Shown: positions 18,872 to 29,541, counted from the first letter of the stretch. The stretch is 64,000 bases of DNA from an uncultured Rhodothermaceae bacterium (GCA_964639665.1 CAZXEU010000121.1:48398-112397); one strand, 5' to 3'. The notes: a model not told the origin generated them from the letters alone. A program made the numbers and translations.

Positions 18872-20896
18872 CTACCTGCGCCGGCGAAGCTCCAGGAGCC
18901 GTGATCGCTCCGCCTCGCCGCCGCTTACGGCATCCCGCACGGTGACCACCAGCTCGTAGGACCCCGCGGGTACGTCCGTGACATCGATGGCAACGTACTC
19001 GACGGCAGACCGCTCCAGAGACGCTTGCTCTTCAAAGCTCAGCGTGACGGCATCTTCTTCATCGCGCACTGACCTGATAGAATAAGAGACGTTGTATCTG
19101 CTGCCTCCCGCCTGTTGTGCCAGGTCGTAGATCTCAAAGTAGACGAAAACCGGGTCCGAAGTCAGGAACTCGGCTGACGGGTTCACATGCAGGAACACGT
19201 CGTCTCGCTCCCGACCTAGGCCATTGCTCAGATCCAGCACGCTGTCCGCCAGGAGAATATCGCTCACTTTGATGCCTGCGCCCTCGAACGACCGCGGCAG
19301 GTAGTCAAACCTGTGCGCACCTACGTGCTGCGTTTGCAGCGACCTGACATGGAGCGCAAAGCGAAAAGCTTCCTGAGGCAAGTCCGCCTGAAATCTGCCC
19401 ACATACGGGCCCGCCAGGCGCTTGGTCTGCCGGTAAATGCCCATTCTCTGCCAAGCCTGGTCATGCACCGTCATGCCAGTCTCGACGTGCAGCGTATCCG
19501 CCTCTGCACCGAGCGCGGGGCCCAGTTCATCGACCGGGACCCGGTAGTAGACTTCCACAAGCGTTCGTCCGTCCCGGCCTCGGAAAGATGCAGCCACATG
19601 CGGGATGTCCACGACCGTAGTGCGGTCGGGCCAACGGTGGCGATCCGTCGTAAGGCCGGCTGTCAGGTAAACGGCGCTCTTGCGCTCTGCCTCAAGGGCA
19701 TCACGGCCCACCAGCTTGCTGCTCCAGGTCGGGCCCCGCGGAATGGGGACAAAATGCCGGCTCACACTGCAAATCGCCCGGACGCAGGTCGGCGCGAAAT
19801 GGAAGACCATCAGGGAATCCTGGTAAAGCCAGGACTGGGCCTCGCCGATCGTGTAATCATCCGGCTCGCCGTGCCTCAGGAAGACAATGCCGCGGTCGTC
19901 GAACTCGCTTCCCAGCGCATACGTGGGCGGGAAAAGGCTCGCATCTGCCGTAAACGGACTCCGGTACCAGGTCCGGTACCCGTGGAACAGGTAGTGGCTT
20001 TCGGCCACGCGCAAGCGCCGAAAGTGCTCGGCCGCACGTGCATTGTACGGCGCTGCCGGCATGGGATCACGCCTCGTCCAGAATACTGCAAAGAAATCCC
20101 GGTAGCCGTCCAGGTCGTTGATGCGATCAAATTCAGCGCGCTCTGCCGGACTCACGATGGTCTTGATGTTGTCAAATAGCAGCAGGGCGTCGGCCACGGA
20201 GGATACGGAGGCAATGGCCTCGAGCATAGCAGCCGTGCCCCGCTCCGGGTCTTGCCGCTGAAAATACAGTCGCGCCAGCGCCAGGAGAGCCGGGACCCGT
20301 ACGTGCGGGCTCTCCTGCAGGCCGGTAAAGATCTCCTCTGCCGTCTGGAAGAAGGATTGACGCGCGTACGTTTCTCCGAGGAACAGCTGCGCGAGCGGCC
20401 AGGGCTGATCTCTGAGCCACCTGCGAGCCTCCTCAGGCTCCGTCTGGACGATGTAGCGCCAGTAGAACTGATGCAGGCCCACCCGGGCATGCGCTAGATC
20501 CGGCTTGAGTCTCACCTGGGCTTCCGCCAGCGCGATGGCCGAGCGCAGGTCACCGCTGTAGCGGCGGAGCAGTCCATAGCGATAAAGCACATCGTTATGC
20601 AGCGAGTCATGTGCAAGCACGTACTCGAAGTCTTCAGCAGCGGCACCAAGCGTGTTGGCTAGCCTCGTCTGGAGCGTACGAAACTTGCCCCGTTCCGCAA
20701 AGCTGATGCCCCGCAGATAGTGGGCCTCAAGCGAGCCCCCCCCCTCGTCGATGCGCCTTGTCAGATGCTTGGCCGCATCAGACCATTCCTGATCCTGCAT
20801 CGCCAGTTTGGCGGCGCCCAGATCGTCCATCTGGACGGCGCTCACCTCCGAGTGCAAGAAGAGCAGAGGCAGGAAGAACAGCGCCTTGCGGGCCAT
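18872..20896 (-). CDS. GWxTD domain-containing secreted protein with TPR-like N-terminal region
   Basis: It has the signal peptide MARKALFFLPLLFLHSEVSA (ATG at 20896). The region FFAVFWTRRDPMPAAPYNARAAEHFRRLRVAESHY ... DDRGIVFLRHGEPDD fits the GWxTD family pattern. Confidence 0.7.
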   Translation of the reverse strand: MARKALFFLPLLFLHSEVSAVQMDDLGAAKLAMQDQEWSDAAKHLTRRIDEGGGSLEAHYLRGISFAERGKFRTLQTRLANTLGAAAEDFEYVLAHDSLHNDVLYRYGLLRRYSGDLRSAIALAEAQVRLKPDLAHARVGLHQFYWRYIVQTEPEEARRWLRDQPWPLAQLFLGETYARQSFFQTAEEIFTGLQESPHVRVPALLALARLYFQRQDPERGTAAMLEAIASVSSVADALLLFDNIKTIVSPAERAEFDRINDLDGYRDFFAVFWTRRDPMPAAPYNARAAEHFRRLRVAESHYLFHGYRTWYRSPFTADASLFPPTYALGSEFDDRGIVFLRHGEPDDYTIGEAQSWLYQDSLMVFHFAPTCVRAICSVSRHFVPIPRGPTWSSKLVGRDALEAERKSAVYLTAGLTTDRHRWPDRTTVVDIPHVAASFRGRDGRTLVEVYYRVPVDELGPALGAEADTLHVETGMTVHDQAWQRMGIYRQTKRLAGPYVGRFQADLPQEAFRFALHVRSLQTQHVGAHRFDYLPRSFEGAGIKVSDILLADSVLDLSNGLGRERDDVFLHVNPSAEFLTSDPVFVYFEIYDLAQQAGGSRYNVSYSIRSVRDEEDAVTLSFEEQASLERSAVEYVAIDVTDVPAGSYELVVTVRDAVSGGEAERSRLLELRRRR

Positions 20897-21060
20897 GGCT
20901 ATTGCATAGGCCGGAACCTGTTGCCCCCCGGGGCAGGGACACCTTTGCTGGCCGGGGCTACGGAGCCCCTTCACCGTAAGTTCGGCACGGCGCGAAGCTA
21001 AGGCAAGCTGCACCACCGCCTCCCGGCGCCGACCTACCGCCGGCACCGGGCCATCAGGCC

Positions 21061-21255
21061 CTAAATTATGGCGCTGATTTTCTGGAAGATCTCCTTTTGC
21101 GGCTCACCGGTCTTTTCGTGAATCAGCTTCACCATCTTCCGCATATTGCCACGCGCCTTCTTCAACTCCTTGTCCGGAAACTCAGCATCACTCCAGATAG
21201 ATTCAATTTGGCTCCTCACCTGCATCCAGCTCTCATTCATCCGCTGCGTCGCCAT
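21061..21255 (-). CDS. Small CsbD-like stress protein
   Basis: It is 64 aa and helical, and its charge pattern (WMQVRSQIESIWSD...KELKKARGNMRKMVKLIHEKTGEPQKEI) resembles CsbD. The ATG at 21255 is preceded by AGGGAGG. Confidence 0.45.
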   Translation of the reverse strand: MATQRMNESWMQVRSQIESIWSDAEFPDKELKKARGNMRKMVKLIHEKTGEPQKEIFQKISAII

Positions 21256-21291
21256 GCCAGCCTCCCTGTGATTCAACAATAACCAAATTTT

Positions 21292-21747
21292 CTACAATGC
21301 CTGGGTGAATCGGTTCCAGAACATGAGTACGAGGATAGCGAGCCAGAGCAGGTGTCCTAAGCCCGTAACCATAGCAAGTCGCCGGGCATAACGCGCCCCA
21401 TTGCCGCCGCCTTCCAAGGCGTGGTGCAAGCCCTTCCAGGCCGGACGGATCAGCCACAACTGGAGAACGGTCAGAAGCACAATCAGCAAGGAGGCGACAT
21501 GGTATTGAAGCTGGCCTCCGTATCCTCCGCCCAGTCCCAGAACCAACATGGAAAACAGAAATGTGAGCAGAACGAAAGTGCCCATCAGATTTACCGTGCG
21601 GCCCATATCACGCGAAAGCGCGAGCCCCACCTCGCCCGAGGCATCCAGAGCCGATCGGGCTTGTCCGGCGAGCCTCAATCCCAGGCCGAACCACGCCGCA
21701 GCCGTTAGCACGTGCAAGAATACAAAAATCTGCAGCAACAGGGTCAT
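21292..21747 (-). CDS. Integral membrane protein, four predicted TM helices, unknown function
   Basis: The hydrophobic segments are IFVFLHVLTAAAWFGLGL, LMGTFVLLTFLFSMLVLGLG, VASLLIVLLTVLQLWLI and GLGHLLWLAILVLMFW. Confidence 0.55.
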   Translation of the reverse strand: MTLLLQIFVFLHVLTAAAWFGLGLRLAGQARSALDASGEVGLALSRDMGRTVNLMGTFVLLTFLFSMLVLGLGGGYGGQLQYHVASLLIVLLTVLQLWLIRPAWKGLHHALEGGGNGARYARRLAMVTGLGHLLWLAILVLMFWNRFTQAL

Positions 21748-21789
21748 GGTGTCCGTAATGGTCCTAGTGTGACAATACCGCGCTACGAG

Positions 21790-24243
21790 TTAGACGGCAG
21801 CGGCCTCCATCGGCTGGTGATGTCGGCGGTAGGCGTCAAGGTCGAAGGCGTCCACCTGGATGGCCTCCCAACGGGCCGCCTCGGCGCGCTCCACCAAATC
21901 TCCTTCCTCCGCCGAAATTATGCCGGCACGTACCGCTCTTGGCAATAGATCTGCGCCGCCGCGCAGCTTGCCCTCTTTCACGGCTCGCGAGACGCGTCTC
22001 GCCGCAGGATCGGATTGTGATACCAGCGCGAAGGCCCGCTGCAGCCGCCCCATCGCCTCGTTTTCGCTGCGGGGCACGTAGCATCCACGGGCCAGGCGGT
22101 CCCGCTGCTCGCCCGGCGTCTGCATGAGGAGCGCAACGCGGCGAGCTGTGGCGTCACTTGGGCCCTGTGCAAATGCATTGAGACGCCACCAGAAAAGCAC
22201 GGGCCCGCGCAGGAACCAGCGCAGCCCCTTGACGGGCAGATTCTTCAGCAATCCCTCGAATGCCACTTGCATGCGGGCAAACGCATGGTCCATGGCCCAT
22301 TGGAAGTACGGCATGTCCTCCTTCCTGCGCCCTTCTGCCTCAAACCGGCGTATGGTTGCGGCCGCCAGATACATCCAGGAGAAGATATCGGCGAACCTGC
22401 CTGTGATCGACTCCCGACGCTTCAGCATGCCACCCAGGGACATCATGGCCACGTCAGCCCAGAAGGCAAACGAGGCAGAAACCCATCCGAGCTTGCGCAG
22501 GTACGGGGCCGACGGCCCGCGCGCAGGTACGCGATTCAGCCGGCCTCGCGTCAGTCCAAGAACCAGGCAGCGGAAACCGTTGCGGACTACATGACCGGCG
22601 TATCCCCAGATCGCGTGGTCAAAGGCGCGCCGGTCTCCGGACTGGAGTGCCTCGATGGCCTGGTAGGCAAACGGATGGCAGCGTATCGCGCCCTGGCCAA
22701 AGATGATAAGCGTTCGCGTCAGAATGTTGGCGCCCTCTACCGTGATGGCAATCGGGGTGGCAATAAACGCGCCGGCCAGGAGATTGCGAGGCCCGCCGGA
22801 AATACCGTTGCCGCCCAGGATGTCCATTGCATCCACTACGGCCTGCCGGCCCATCTCAGTCAGATTGTACTTGACAATGGCCGTCACGACGGCCGGTGCC
22901 GCACCTTGGTCAATGGCTCCCACCGTATACGTGCGCGCGGCCTCCGCCAGGTAGGCATAGCCTCCGATGCGCGCCAGCGGCTCCTGCACGCCCTCAAACC
23001 GGCCGATGGGAAGCCCGAACTGCTTCCGGATGGCCGCGTGCGCGCTGGCCACCAGAAAGGCGGTCTTTATGCCGCCGGTGGCCACGGCCGGCAGGGAGAT
23101 CCCCCTGCCGGCGGCCAGCGACTCCATCAGCATCTGCCAGCCCCGGCCGGCCCCGTCCTTGCCGCCAATGATGGCGTCCACAGACACAACCACGCCGTGC
23201 CCCTCGGTGGGACCGTTGGCAAACGGCACGCCCAGCGGATCGTGGCGGTCGCCGGTGACAACACCCGGCGTGTCCGTCTCAATCAGCGCACACGTGATGC
23301 CGGGTCTTACTCCCTTGCCGAGCGCGTTGTCCGGATCGCGAAGCTTGAAGGCCAATCCCAACACGCCGGCCATCGGTGCAAGCGTGATGTAACGCTTGTT
23401 CCAGTCCAGCCGCAATCTCAGCTCCCCGTTCGCATCGGTGAACACGGTTCCGCTCGCCTCCATGGCTCCGGCATCGGAGCCTGCCTGCGCTTCGGTCAGC
23501 GCAAAGGCGGGTATGAGCGATGCGTCGGCCAGCCTCGGCAGATAGTAGTCCCGCTGCTCCTGCGTCCCGTAGTGAATGAGCAGTTCCGCAGGTCCGAGCG
23601 AATTAGGCACCATCACTGTTGTTGCAAGCGGGCCGCACCGGCTGTGAAGCTTCATTACCACGGCACTGTTGGCCCGCGCCGAGAATCCCAGACCGCCGTA
23701 CTCTTTCGGGATGATCATCCCGAACATCTTCTCCCGCGCAATGATATTCCATGCTTCCTGCGGAAGCTCGCGCGTCTTCCACAGCTCCCAGTCCTGCACC
23801 ACGCGGCAAAGCTCTTCCACGGGACCGTCCAGGAATGCCTGCTCCTCGTCGGTCAGCGACGGATAGGATTCCGAGAGTATGCGGGCAAAGTCGGGGCGAC
23901 CGGAAAAGAGCTCTCCCTCCACCCACACGGTCCCCGCCTTGAGAGCGACTTGTTCGGTCTCCGAAATCTTCGGCAGCAGCTGCAGCGCGCGTACCATGCC
24001 CATCATCGGACGCGTGACCAGTGCGCGCCTTACGGGCACCACTGCCAGTATCAATCCCGCCACCAGCGCAATTGCCAGTACGGCAGCCGGCGCTCCCGTG
24101 CCATACAGCAACGCCAATGCTGCCAGCACCCAGATCCAGAGTCTTGCTCCGCGGTAGCCAAGCACCAATACCACCGCCGCCGCCGCGGCGGCCGTCCACC
24201 AGGGAGCGGACGACAATAGGTCAAAAAACGGCCACTCTGACAT
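21790..24243 (-). CDS. fadE: Acyl-CoA dehydrogenase, large FadE type
   Basis: It appears colinear with E. coli FadE as I remember it: an N-terminal TM region, EEQAFLDGPVEELC, MIIPKEYGGLGFS, WNKRYITLAP, TVEGANILTR, and a C-terminal DUF1974-like tail. It is 817 aa. Confidence 0.9.
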   Translation of the reverse strand: MSEWPFFDLLSSAPWWTAAAAAAVVLVLGYRGARLWIWVLAALALLYGTGAPAAVLAIALVAGLILAVVPVRRALVTRPMMGMVRALQLLPKISETEQVALKAGTVWVEGELFSGRPDFARILSESYPSLTDEEQAFLDGPVEELCRVVQDWELWKTRELPQEAWNIIAREKMFGMIIPKEYGGLGFSARANSAVVMKLHSRCGPLATTVMVPNSLGPAELLIHYGTQEQRDYYLPRLADASLIPAFALTEAQAGSDAGAMEASGTVFTDANGELRLRLDWNKRYITLAPMAGVLGLAFKLRDPDNALGKGVRPGITCALIETDTPGVVTGDRHDPLGVPFANGPTEGHGVVVSVDAIIGGKDGAGRGWQMLMESLAAGRGISLPAVATGGIKTAFLVASAHAAIRKQFGLPIGRFEGVQEPLARIGGYAYLAEAARTYTVGAIDQGAAPAVVTAIVKYNLTEMGRQAVVDAMDILGGNGISGGPRNLLAGAFIATPIAITVEGANILTRTLIIFGQGAIRCHPFAYQAIEALQSGDRRAFDHAIWGYAGHVVRNGFRCLVLGLTRGRLNRVPARGPSAPYLRKLGWVSASFAFWADVAMMSLGGMLKRRESITGRFADIFSWMYLAAATIRRFEAEGRRKEDMPYFQWAMDHAFARMQVAFEGLLKNLPVKGLRWFLRGPVLFWWRLNAFAQGPSDATARRVALLMQTPGEQRDRLARGCYVPRSENEAMGRLQRAFALVSQSDPAARRVSRAVKEGKLRGGADLLPRAVRAGIISAEEGDLVERAEAARWEAIQVDAFDLDAYRRHHQPMEAAAV

Positions 24244-24267
24244 GGTCAGTATCGCTCTTCCCGGGCC

Positions 24268-25458
24268 CTAGAGCATCAGGTTCTCGAATACGGCAGCGGC
24301 TCCCATGCCGCCGCCGATGCACATGGTGCAGAGTCCGTAGCGCGTTCCTCGACGCTTCATTTCGTGCAGCAGCGTGGCGGTCAGCTTGGCTCCCGTGCAG
24401 CCGAGCGGATGCCCGAGGGCTACAGCACCGCCGTTTACATTCACGCTGGACTCGTCCAGTCCCGCCTCCCGGATGACAGCCAGCGCCTGGGCGGCAAACG
24501 CCTCGTTGAGCTCTACCAGACCGATGTCCTCAAGCGAGAGCCCGCACTGTCGAAGGACTTTGCTGATGGCATCCACCGGTCCGATGCCCATGATTTCGGG
24601 GGCAACTCCCGCCACGGCATAGCCAGCCATGCGCGCCATCGGTTCCAGGCCCAGCTCGCGAACCATCGAGCTCTCCATTACCACGGTCGCCGCAGCGCCG
24701 TCGGACATCTGCGAGGAATTGCCAGCGGTCACGGTGCCGCCGCTGCGAAATACAGGCCTGAGCTTGGCCAGGGCCTCCAGGGAAGTATCCGGCCTGGGGC
24801 CCTCATCTACGGCCACGGTCTCGGTGGTGGTGCGTGCAGCTCCGTCCACGAACGATGTGGAAGTAACTTCCAGCGGAACGATCTCTTCAGCAAAGCGGCC
24901 CGTGGAGATCGCGTCCATGGCTCTGCGGTGTGACTGGAGCGAAAAGCGGTCCTGCTCCCCACGCGCGATGCTATATTTCTCTGCAAGGTTTTCTGCCGTA
25001 TTGCCCATGGAGATGTACACTTCCGGGCGTGCTTCGGCAGTCTGCGGGTCAGGCTGGAAATAGTAGCCGCTCATGGGCACGAGACTCATCGACTCGGTGC
25101 CGCCGGCCACCACGCACGCGGCATGGCCCGCCGCTATGGCCTGGCAGGCCATTGCAATAGTCTGAAGCCCTGACGAACAGAAACGGTTCACCGTGGCGCC
25201 CGGCACGCTGTCGGGAAGTCCGGCCTGCCCCGCGATTATGCGGGCCACATTCATGCCCTGGGAACCCTCGGGAAACGCGCAACCCATCAGCACGTCGTCG
25301 ACGCGTGCCGGCTCCAAACCAGGCGTGCGGCGCACCGCTTCACGCACAACGGCCGCTCCCATCTGTTCGGGACGCATCTGGCGCAGCTTGCCCCTCCTGG
25401 CCTTGCCAACCGGAGTGCGCACGCTCGTCAGAATATAGGCTGAGTTGTTGGATTCCAT
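24268..25458 (-). CDS. fadA: Acetyl-CoA C-acyltransferase (3-ketoacyl-CoA thiolase)
   Basis: It has the thiolase motifs [10 protein letters not shown] (active Cys), [22 protein letters not shown] and CIGGGMG. Confidence 0.95.
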   Translation of the reverse strand: MESNNSAYILTSVRTPVGKARRGKLRQMRPEQMGAAVVREAVRRTPGLEPARVDDVLMGCAFPEGSQGMNVARIIAGQAGLPDSVPGATVNRFCSSGLQTIAMACQAIAAGHAACVVAGGTESMSLVPMSGYYFQPDPQTAEARPEVYISMGNTAENLAEKYSIARGEQDRFSLQSHRRAMDAISTGRFAEEIVPLEVTSTSFVDGAARTTTETVAVDEGPRPDTSLEALAKLRPVFRSGGTVTAGNSSQMSDGAAATVVMESSMVRELGLEPMARMAGYAVAGVAPEIMGIGPVDAISKVLRQCGLSLEDIGLVELNEAFAAQALAVIREAGLDESSVNVNGGAVALGHPLGCTGAKLTATLLHEMKRRGTRYGLCTMCIGGGMGAAAVFENLML

Positions 25459-25479
25459 GGTCAGGGTAAGAAGGGCAGG

Positions 25480-27819
25480 TCAGTTTCGCACAGGCTTGTT
25501 GTTGGTAAGCAATCCGCGAATGCGCTCCTGTGTCTTCGGCTGGCCGAGCAGGCCCAGAAACACCTCCCGCTCAAGGTCCAGCATATACTGCTCGGTTACT
25601 TCCTGCGGCCCAGTCAGGTTGCCTCCTGTGAAGACGTGCGCAAGCCGGCCTGCAAGGTAACGGTCGTAGTCCGTGATAAAGCGTCCCTGGTGCATCTGAT
25701 AGATGCCTACCTGCAATACGGCGTATCCGGGCCGTCCTAGTACGCGAAACTCCGTGCCCACAGGCGGCATGTATCCCAGTTCGGAAAGTCGGATAACTTC
25801 CTGCGCTGCAACGTGGAATCGCCGGTCCATGTGCATTACCACAGGCAGGCGCCTGGGTAGAAAGCCCATATCCTGGGCCTGGCGCGCGCTCGTTGCGACG
25901 CGGGCCATCGCGACGGTCTCGAAGTACTTCCGCACAAAGGCCTGCAGGTCGCTATCGTGGCCCGTGCTTTCCCGGGCGGCACGAGCGGCAAGCCGCATTG
26001 AGCCCGTTCCGGCGGGGATGAGTCCCACGCCCAGCTCCACCAGTCCCAGGTAGGTCTCGGCCGCTGCCACAGGGTGGCACGAAGCCATGACCAGTTCGCA
26101 GCCCCCTCCAAGCGCACGCTGGTGCACGGCCACGACAACGGGCTTGGCCGCGTAATAGACCCGCTGCATGGTTTGCTGGAACGTGTCTATATAGCGATCC
26201 AGGAGCCCGAAATCGCCCTGCTGCAGCGCATGCGCCATTTCCATGAGGTTGGCGCCGGCAGAGAAATGCGTGCCGGTATTGCCTATGACAAGGCCTCGGA
26301 GGTCCCTGTCGCCTTCCACGCGGTCTATGGCAGCCAGCATGCCCTCGATAACGCGCCTGCCCATGGTGTTGGCCTTGGAGCGGAATTCGAGCAGCGCGAC
26401 GCCGTCGCCGAGGTCGCGAAGCACGGCTTCGGCGTTGGACCATATCTCCGGCTTGCTTCCGATGATCACTTCGTCGCTGTGGGCCGCCACTTCCTGATAG
26501 GCCTGATCGACCGGCACAAACACGGATTGGCGGTCCGTGCCATAGAACGAATCGTGCCGGTCCCGCTGCATGCCTCGCACCCAGTCCGGGACGGGTATAG
26601 CGCGCGAATCCATGTCCCGCAGCACGCGGTGAAGACCCAGCACATCCCACGTTTCGAAGAGCCCCAGCTGCCAGCCGAATCCCCAGCGGAGCGCCTGGTC
26701 TATGCTGTCCGGGCTGTCCGCAATCTCACCCACGCGGCGGGCCGCGTACGCCATCGTATCCAGCATGGTATCGCGGAAGAAGCTGCCGGCGCGGCCAGCG
26801 TCATCGTAAAGCGCGCGCACCCTCTCTTCGAGCCCGCCACTCTTCTTCCACTGCCGCAGATCTCCCACGTCCATGGGCTCTGCAGGCGTGTATTGCATGG
26901 ACGAAGGATCGAGCGAGAGGATTTCGCCCGCCACCTTGCGGTAGAAGCCTGCCCGCGTCTTGGCGCCCAGCGCGCCTTGCTCCACCAGGGCATCCAGGAT
27001 CGCAGGACTCCGAAAGCGTTCGCGGCTTTCGTCGTGCGGCACGCTCTCGTACAGGTTTTGCGCCACCAGACGCATGACATCCAGACCCACCACGTCCGCC
27101 GTGCGGAATGTGGCCGACTTCGGCCGGCCAACCAGCGGACCGGTCAGCGCATCAATCTCTTCTATCGTGTACTGGCCGCGCGCAAAGTAGGCTATCGCGC
27201 CCATCATGGCATAAATGCCAATCCGGTTGCCTATGAAATACGGCACATCCTTGGCAACGACGATGCCCTTGCCCAGGTGCACGCGAGCAAACTGGGATAC
27301 GCGCCGCACAACGGCAGCATCGGTGTCAGCCGTCGGCACCAGCTCCAGCAGCTTGAGATACCTGGGCGGATTGAAGAAGTGCGTACCGAGCGTACGGCTG
27401 CGCAGATCAGGAGACAGGCCGGCCGTTATATCGCGAACGGGTATGCCGCTCGTATTGGTGGAAACGACCGCGCCGTCGCTCACATGCTCCTGTACGCGCT
27501 GCATGATCCGGCGTTTTATGTCAAGCCGCTCCACAACGGCTTCCACTACCCAGTCCGCGTCCGCAATGCGGGCGAAATCGTCTTCGAAATTGCCAAGCGA
27601 AATGCGCCTCGCCACATCCTTGGCGAAAAACGGATCCGGCTTGATGCGCGTGGACGCCTTGAAGTACTTGTTGACCAGAGCGTTGCGGTCTGCGCCTTCA
27701 CCTGCCGGAAGGTCCAGAAGCAGGACCCGCAAGCCGGCGTTCGCAAGGTGCGCGGCAATCTGGGCTCCCATCGTGCCCGCTCCCAGCACAGCCGCCGACA
27801 GGAATGGTTTTTCCGGCAT
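25480..27819 (-). CDS. fadN: Bifunctional 3-hydroxyacyl-CoA dehydrogenase / enoyl-CoA hydratase (FadN-type domain order)
   Basis: The N-terminal Rossmann fold is AVLGAGTMGAQIAAHLA. HFFNPPRYLKLLE is also present. The C-terminal crotonase region is GNTGTHFSAGANL ... ALGGGCEL. Confidence 0.9.
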   Translation of the reverse strand: MPEKPFLSAAVLGAGTMGAQIAAHLANAGLRVLLLDLPAGEGADRNALVNKYFKASTRIKPDPFFAKDVARRISLGNFEDDFARIADADWVVEAVVERLDIKRRIMQRVQEHVSDGAVVSTNTSGIPVRDITAGLSPDLRSRTLGTHFFNPPRYLKLLELVPTADTDAAVVRRVSQFARVHLGKGIVVAKDVPYFIGNRIGIYAMMGAIAYFARGQYTIEEIDALTGPLVGRPKSATFRTADVVGLDVMRLVAQNLYESVPHDESRERFRSPAILDALVEQGALGAKTRAGFYRKVAGEILSLDPSSMQYTPAEPMDVGDLRQWKKSGGLEERVRALYDDAGRAGSFFRDTMLDTMAYAARRVGEIADSPDSIDQALRWGFGWQLGLFETWDVLGLHRVLRDMDSRAIPVPDWVRGMQRDRHDSFYGTDRQSVFVPVDQAYQEVAAHSDEVIIGSKPEIWSNAEAVLRDLGDGVALLEFRSKANTMGRRVIEGMLAAIDRVEGDRDLRGLVIGNTGTHFSAGANLMEMAHALQQGDFGLLDRYIDTFQQTMQRVYYAAKPVVVAVHQRALGGGCELVMASCHPVAAAETYLGLVELGVGLIPAGTGSMRLAARAARESTGHDSDLQAFVRKYFETVAMARVATSARQAQDMGFLPRRLPVVMHMDRRFHVAAQEVIRLSELGYMPPVGTEFRVLGRPGYAVLQVGIYQMHQGRFITDYDRYLAGRLAHVFTGGNLTGPQEVTEQYMLDLEREVFLGLLGQPKTQERIRGLLTNNKPVRN

Positions 27820-28009
27820 CGTATTGAATGCTTCCGTGAAGGACTACGTCTGGTCGCTAAACACGCCAGCCCGCACCAGGAAGATCGAGCGCCCTTCTAA
27901 AATAGTAACGTTCACCGGCCTCTTCCACCGCGACCAATTCGTGAATTTGGCCGGCGGTGGCGACGCAACCGGTGGCTTCAAATCGGGACCCGGCGCCGCG
28001 AATTCCTCG

Positions 28010-28903
28010 CTATAGCCGCTTCAGCGTGACGTTTCCGACACCTGCGTGCATCTTCAGCTGGGGACCTCCCTCGTTGATCTTTCCGGAGAATGATTTCTTG
28101 AGCAGTTTGCCTGTCACCTCAATCGGGAATTCGCAGTCCGCCGATCCGAAGGAAGCCGTACCGACCACGTCAACATCCAGATCGTCAGCAAGCTCAACCG
28201 TGACATTTCCTGCACCAGTGCGAAGTTCGGAATCGTCCTGGGGTTGGTGCGTTATTTGAGCATAAACATTGCCCGCGCCTGATGTCACATCCAGCGCGCC
28301 CAGCTGGCCGCTCAGATCAATGTTTCCGGCTCCCGTCCGGATGGACGCGGACGAAATATCGCCGGAAATATCCAGATTGCCGGCGCCGCTGGCAATCTCC
28401 ACCGTACCAGTGAGCTTCTCGATAACGACATTCCCCGCACCCGTCGCACCCGTGACGTTCCCGCTGAGCTTCGCGATGTTCACATTGCCGACGCCGTTTT
28501 CAAACTCCACGTTGAATTCCTCGGGAACTCGCACTTCGAGATGCACCCGCAGCCCCGAGCGTCTGCGCCACCTCATCCCCCTGCCCTCGCCTTCAAATCT
28601 TGAATGTACCGTGATGTCATTGCCGTCCTTGTTGAACGAGTATTCGTGGTGCTCAAGCAGATCCTCGAACGACTCACGGCCATCGCCCCGGGCCATGCGG
28701 CCAAGCGCAATGGTCACCACGTTCTCCCGAACCACTTCCACCTCAATATTGCCGTGGTCCAGATCAAAGTGCACCGTGCCGCCAGGGCGCACGTCAAATT
28801 CCTCCCGTACAACATTTCGCTGCTGGCCCGGGGCAACCTGCGCATAGAGCGGAAGTAGCACGCCTAGCAGCCACGGCGTAAGGTCACGGCTATTCTGTCG
28901 CAT
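28010..28903 (-). CDS. DUF4097-family beta-helical repeat protein (putative adhesin)
   Basis: It has the repeats TGAGNVVIEKL / SGAGNLDISG / TGAGNIDLSG / SGAGNVYAQI / TGAGNVTVEL. The start is the ATG at 28903 (MRQNSRDLTPWLLGVLLPLYA signal). Confidence 0.7.
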   Translation of the reverse strand: MRQNSRDLTPWLLGVLLPLYAQVAPGQQRNVVREEFDVRPGGTVHFDLDHGNIEVEVVRENVVTIALGRMARGDGRESFEDLLEHHEYSFNKDGNDITVHSRFEGEGRGMRWRRRSGLRVHLEVRVPEEFNVEFENGVGNVNIAKLSGNVTGATGAGNVVIEKLTGTVEIASGAGNLDISGDISSASIRTGAGNIDLSGQLGALDVTSGAGNVYAQITHQPQDDSELRTGAGNVTVELADDLDVDVVGTASFGSADCEFPIEVTGKLLKKSFSGKINEGGPQLKMHAGVGNVTLKRL

Positions 28904-29064
28904 GGGTATACCTCTTTCGGTACGGGTGGCACTTCCCTTTATTTCGTTACGTGAAAGCGCTTGTCGGGTTGCAAATCCAAGGTATTCAAGCCGAATTGGC
29001 ACCTGAGCCTGATACTGAGCAGGCGGAATCCGGGCCGGCCCCCTTGCGTTGAAGGGGGGCCTCA

Positions 29065-29541
29065 ATGCAAAGTTCTGCCTCCATGCAAATCAAGCTGCGG
29101 CGCCTGGATGACGCCTTTCATTTCCTGGCCGCTAATGAAGCGGGCAACGAGGTACACCTGGACACGGGTCCCGAAGAAGGCGGCAGCGGCCAGGGAGCGG
29201 GTCCCATGCAGGCCGTCATAATGGCGCTGGGGGGCTGCAGCGGCATTGACATCGTGCTTATCCTAAAGAAGGGGCGCCAGCGGATCGACAGCTTCGATAT
29301 CGATATCAGTTACGAGCGGGCAGCGGGCCCACCACCTGCCCTGTTTTCCCAAATCCACGTGCACTACAAACTGCAAGGCCGTTTGCAGCCCGAGAAAGTG
29401 CGGCGTGCCGTAGACCTCAGCATCAACAAGTACTGCTCCGTTGCCCGGATCCTGGAAAAGACGGCATCCATTGCGGCTTCCTATTCGGTAAACGGTACAC
29501 GCTATGAGCTTGATGCCGCCCCGCTAGCGGCCCATCCCTAA
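29065..29541 (+). CDS. OsmC/Ohr-family protein (YhfA-like)
   Basis: It has GPMQAVIMALGGCSGIDIVLIL and NKYCSVARIL, the two conserved Cys contexts. An alternative ATG start lies at 29083. Confidence 0.7.
   Translation: MQSSASMQIKLRRLDDAFHFLAANEAGNEVHLDTGPEEGGSGQGAGPMQAVIMALGGCSGIDIVLILKKGRQRIDSFDIDISYERAAGPPPALFSQIHVHYKLQGRLQPEKVRRAVDLSINKYCSVARILEKTASIAASYSVNGTRYELDAAPLAAHP

Noticed and set aside
22267-24219. A 650-aa plus-strand ORF. Similar long ORFs occur at 26074-27900 (+), 61394-62806 (+), 32269-33654 (-), 45663-46757 (-) and 10157-11152 (+).
   Set aside because: All lie antisense to genes with strong family motifs (fadE, fadN, sulfatase, amidohydrolase, lacI, dnaG). Their translations are Arg/Gly/His/Pro-rich with no motifs. 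This is the usual stop-codon-poor antisense artefact in GC-rich DNA.
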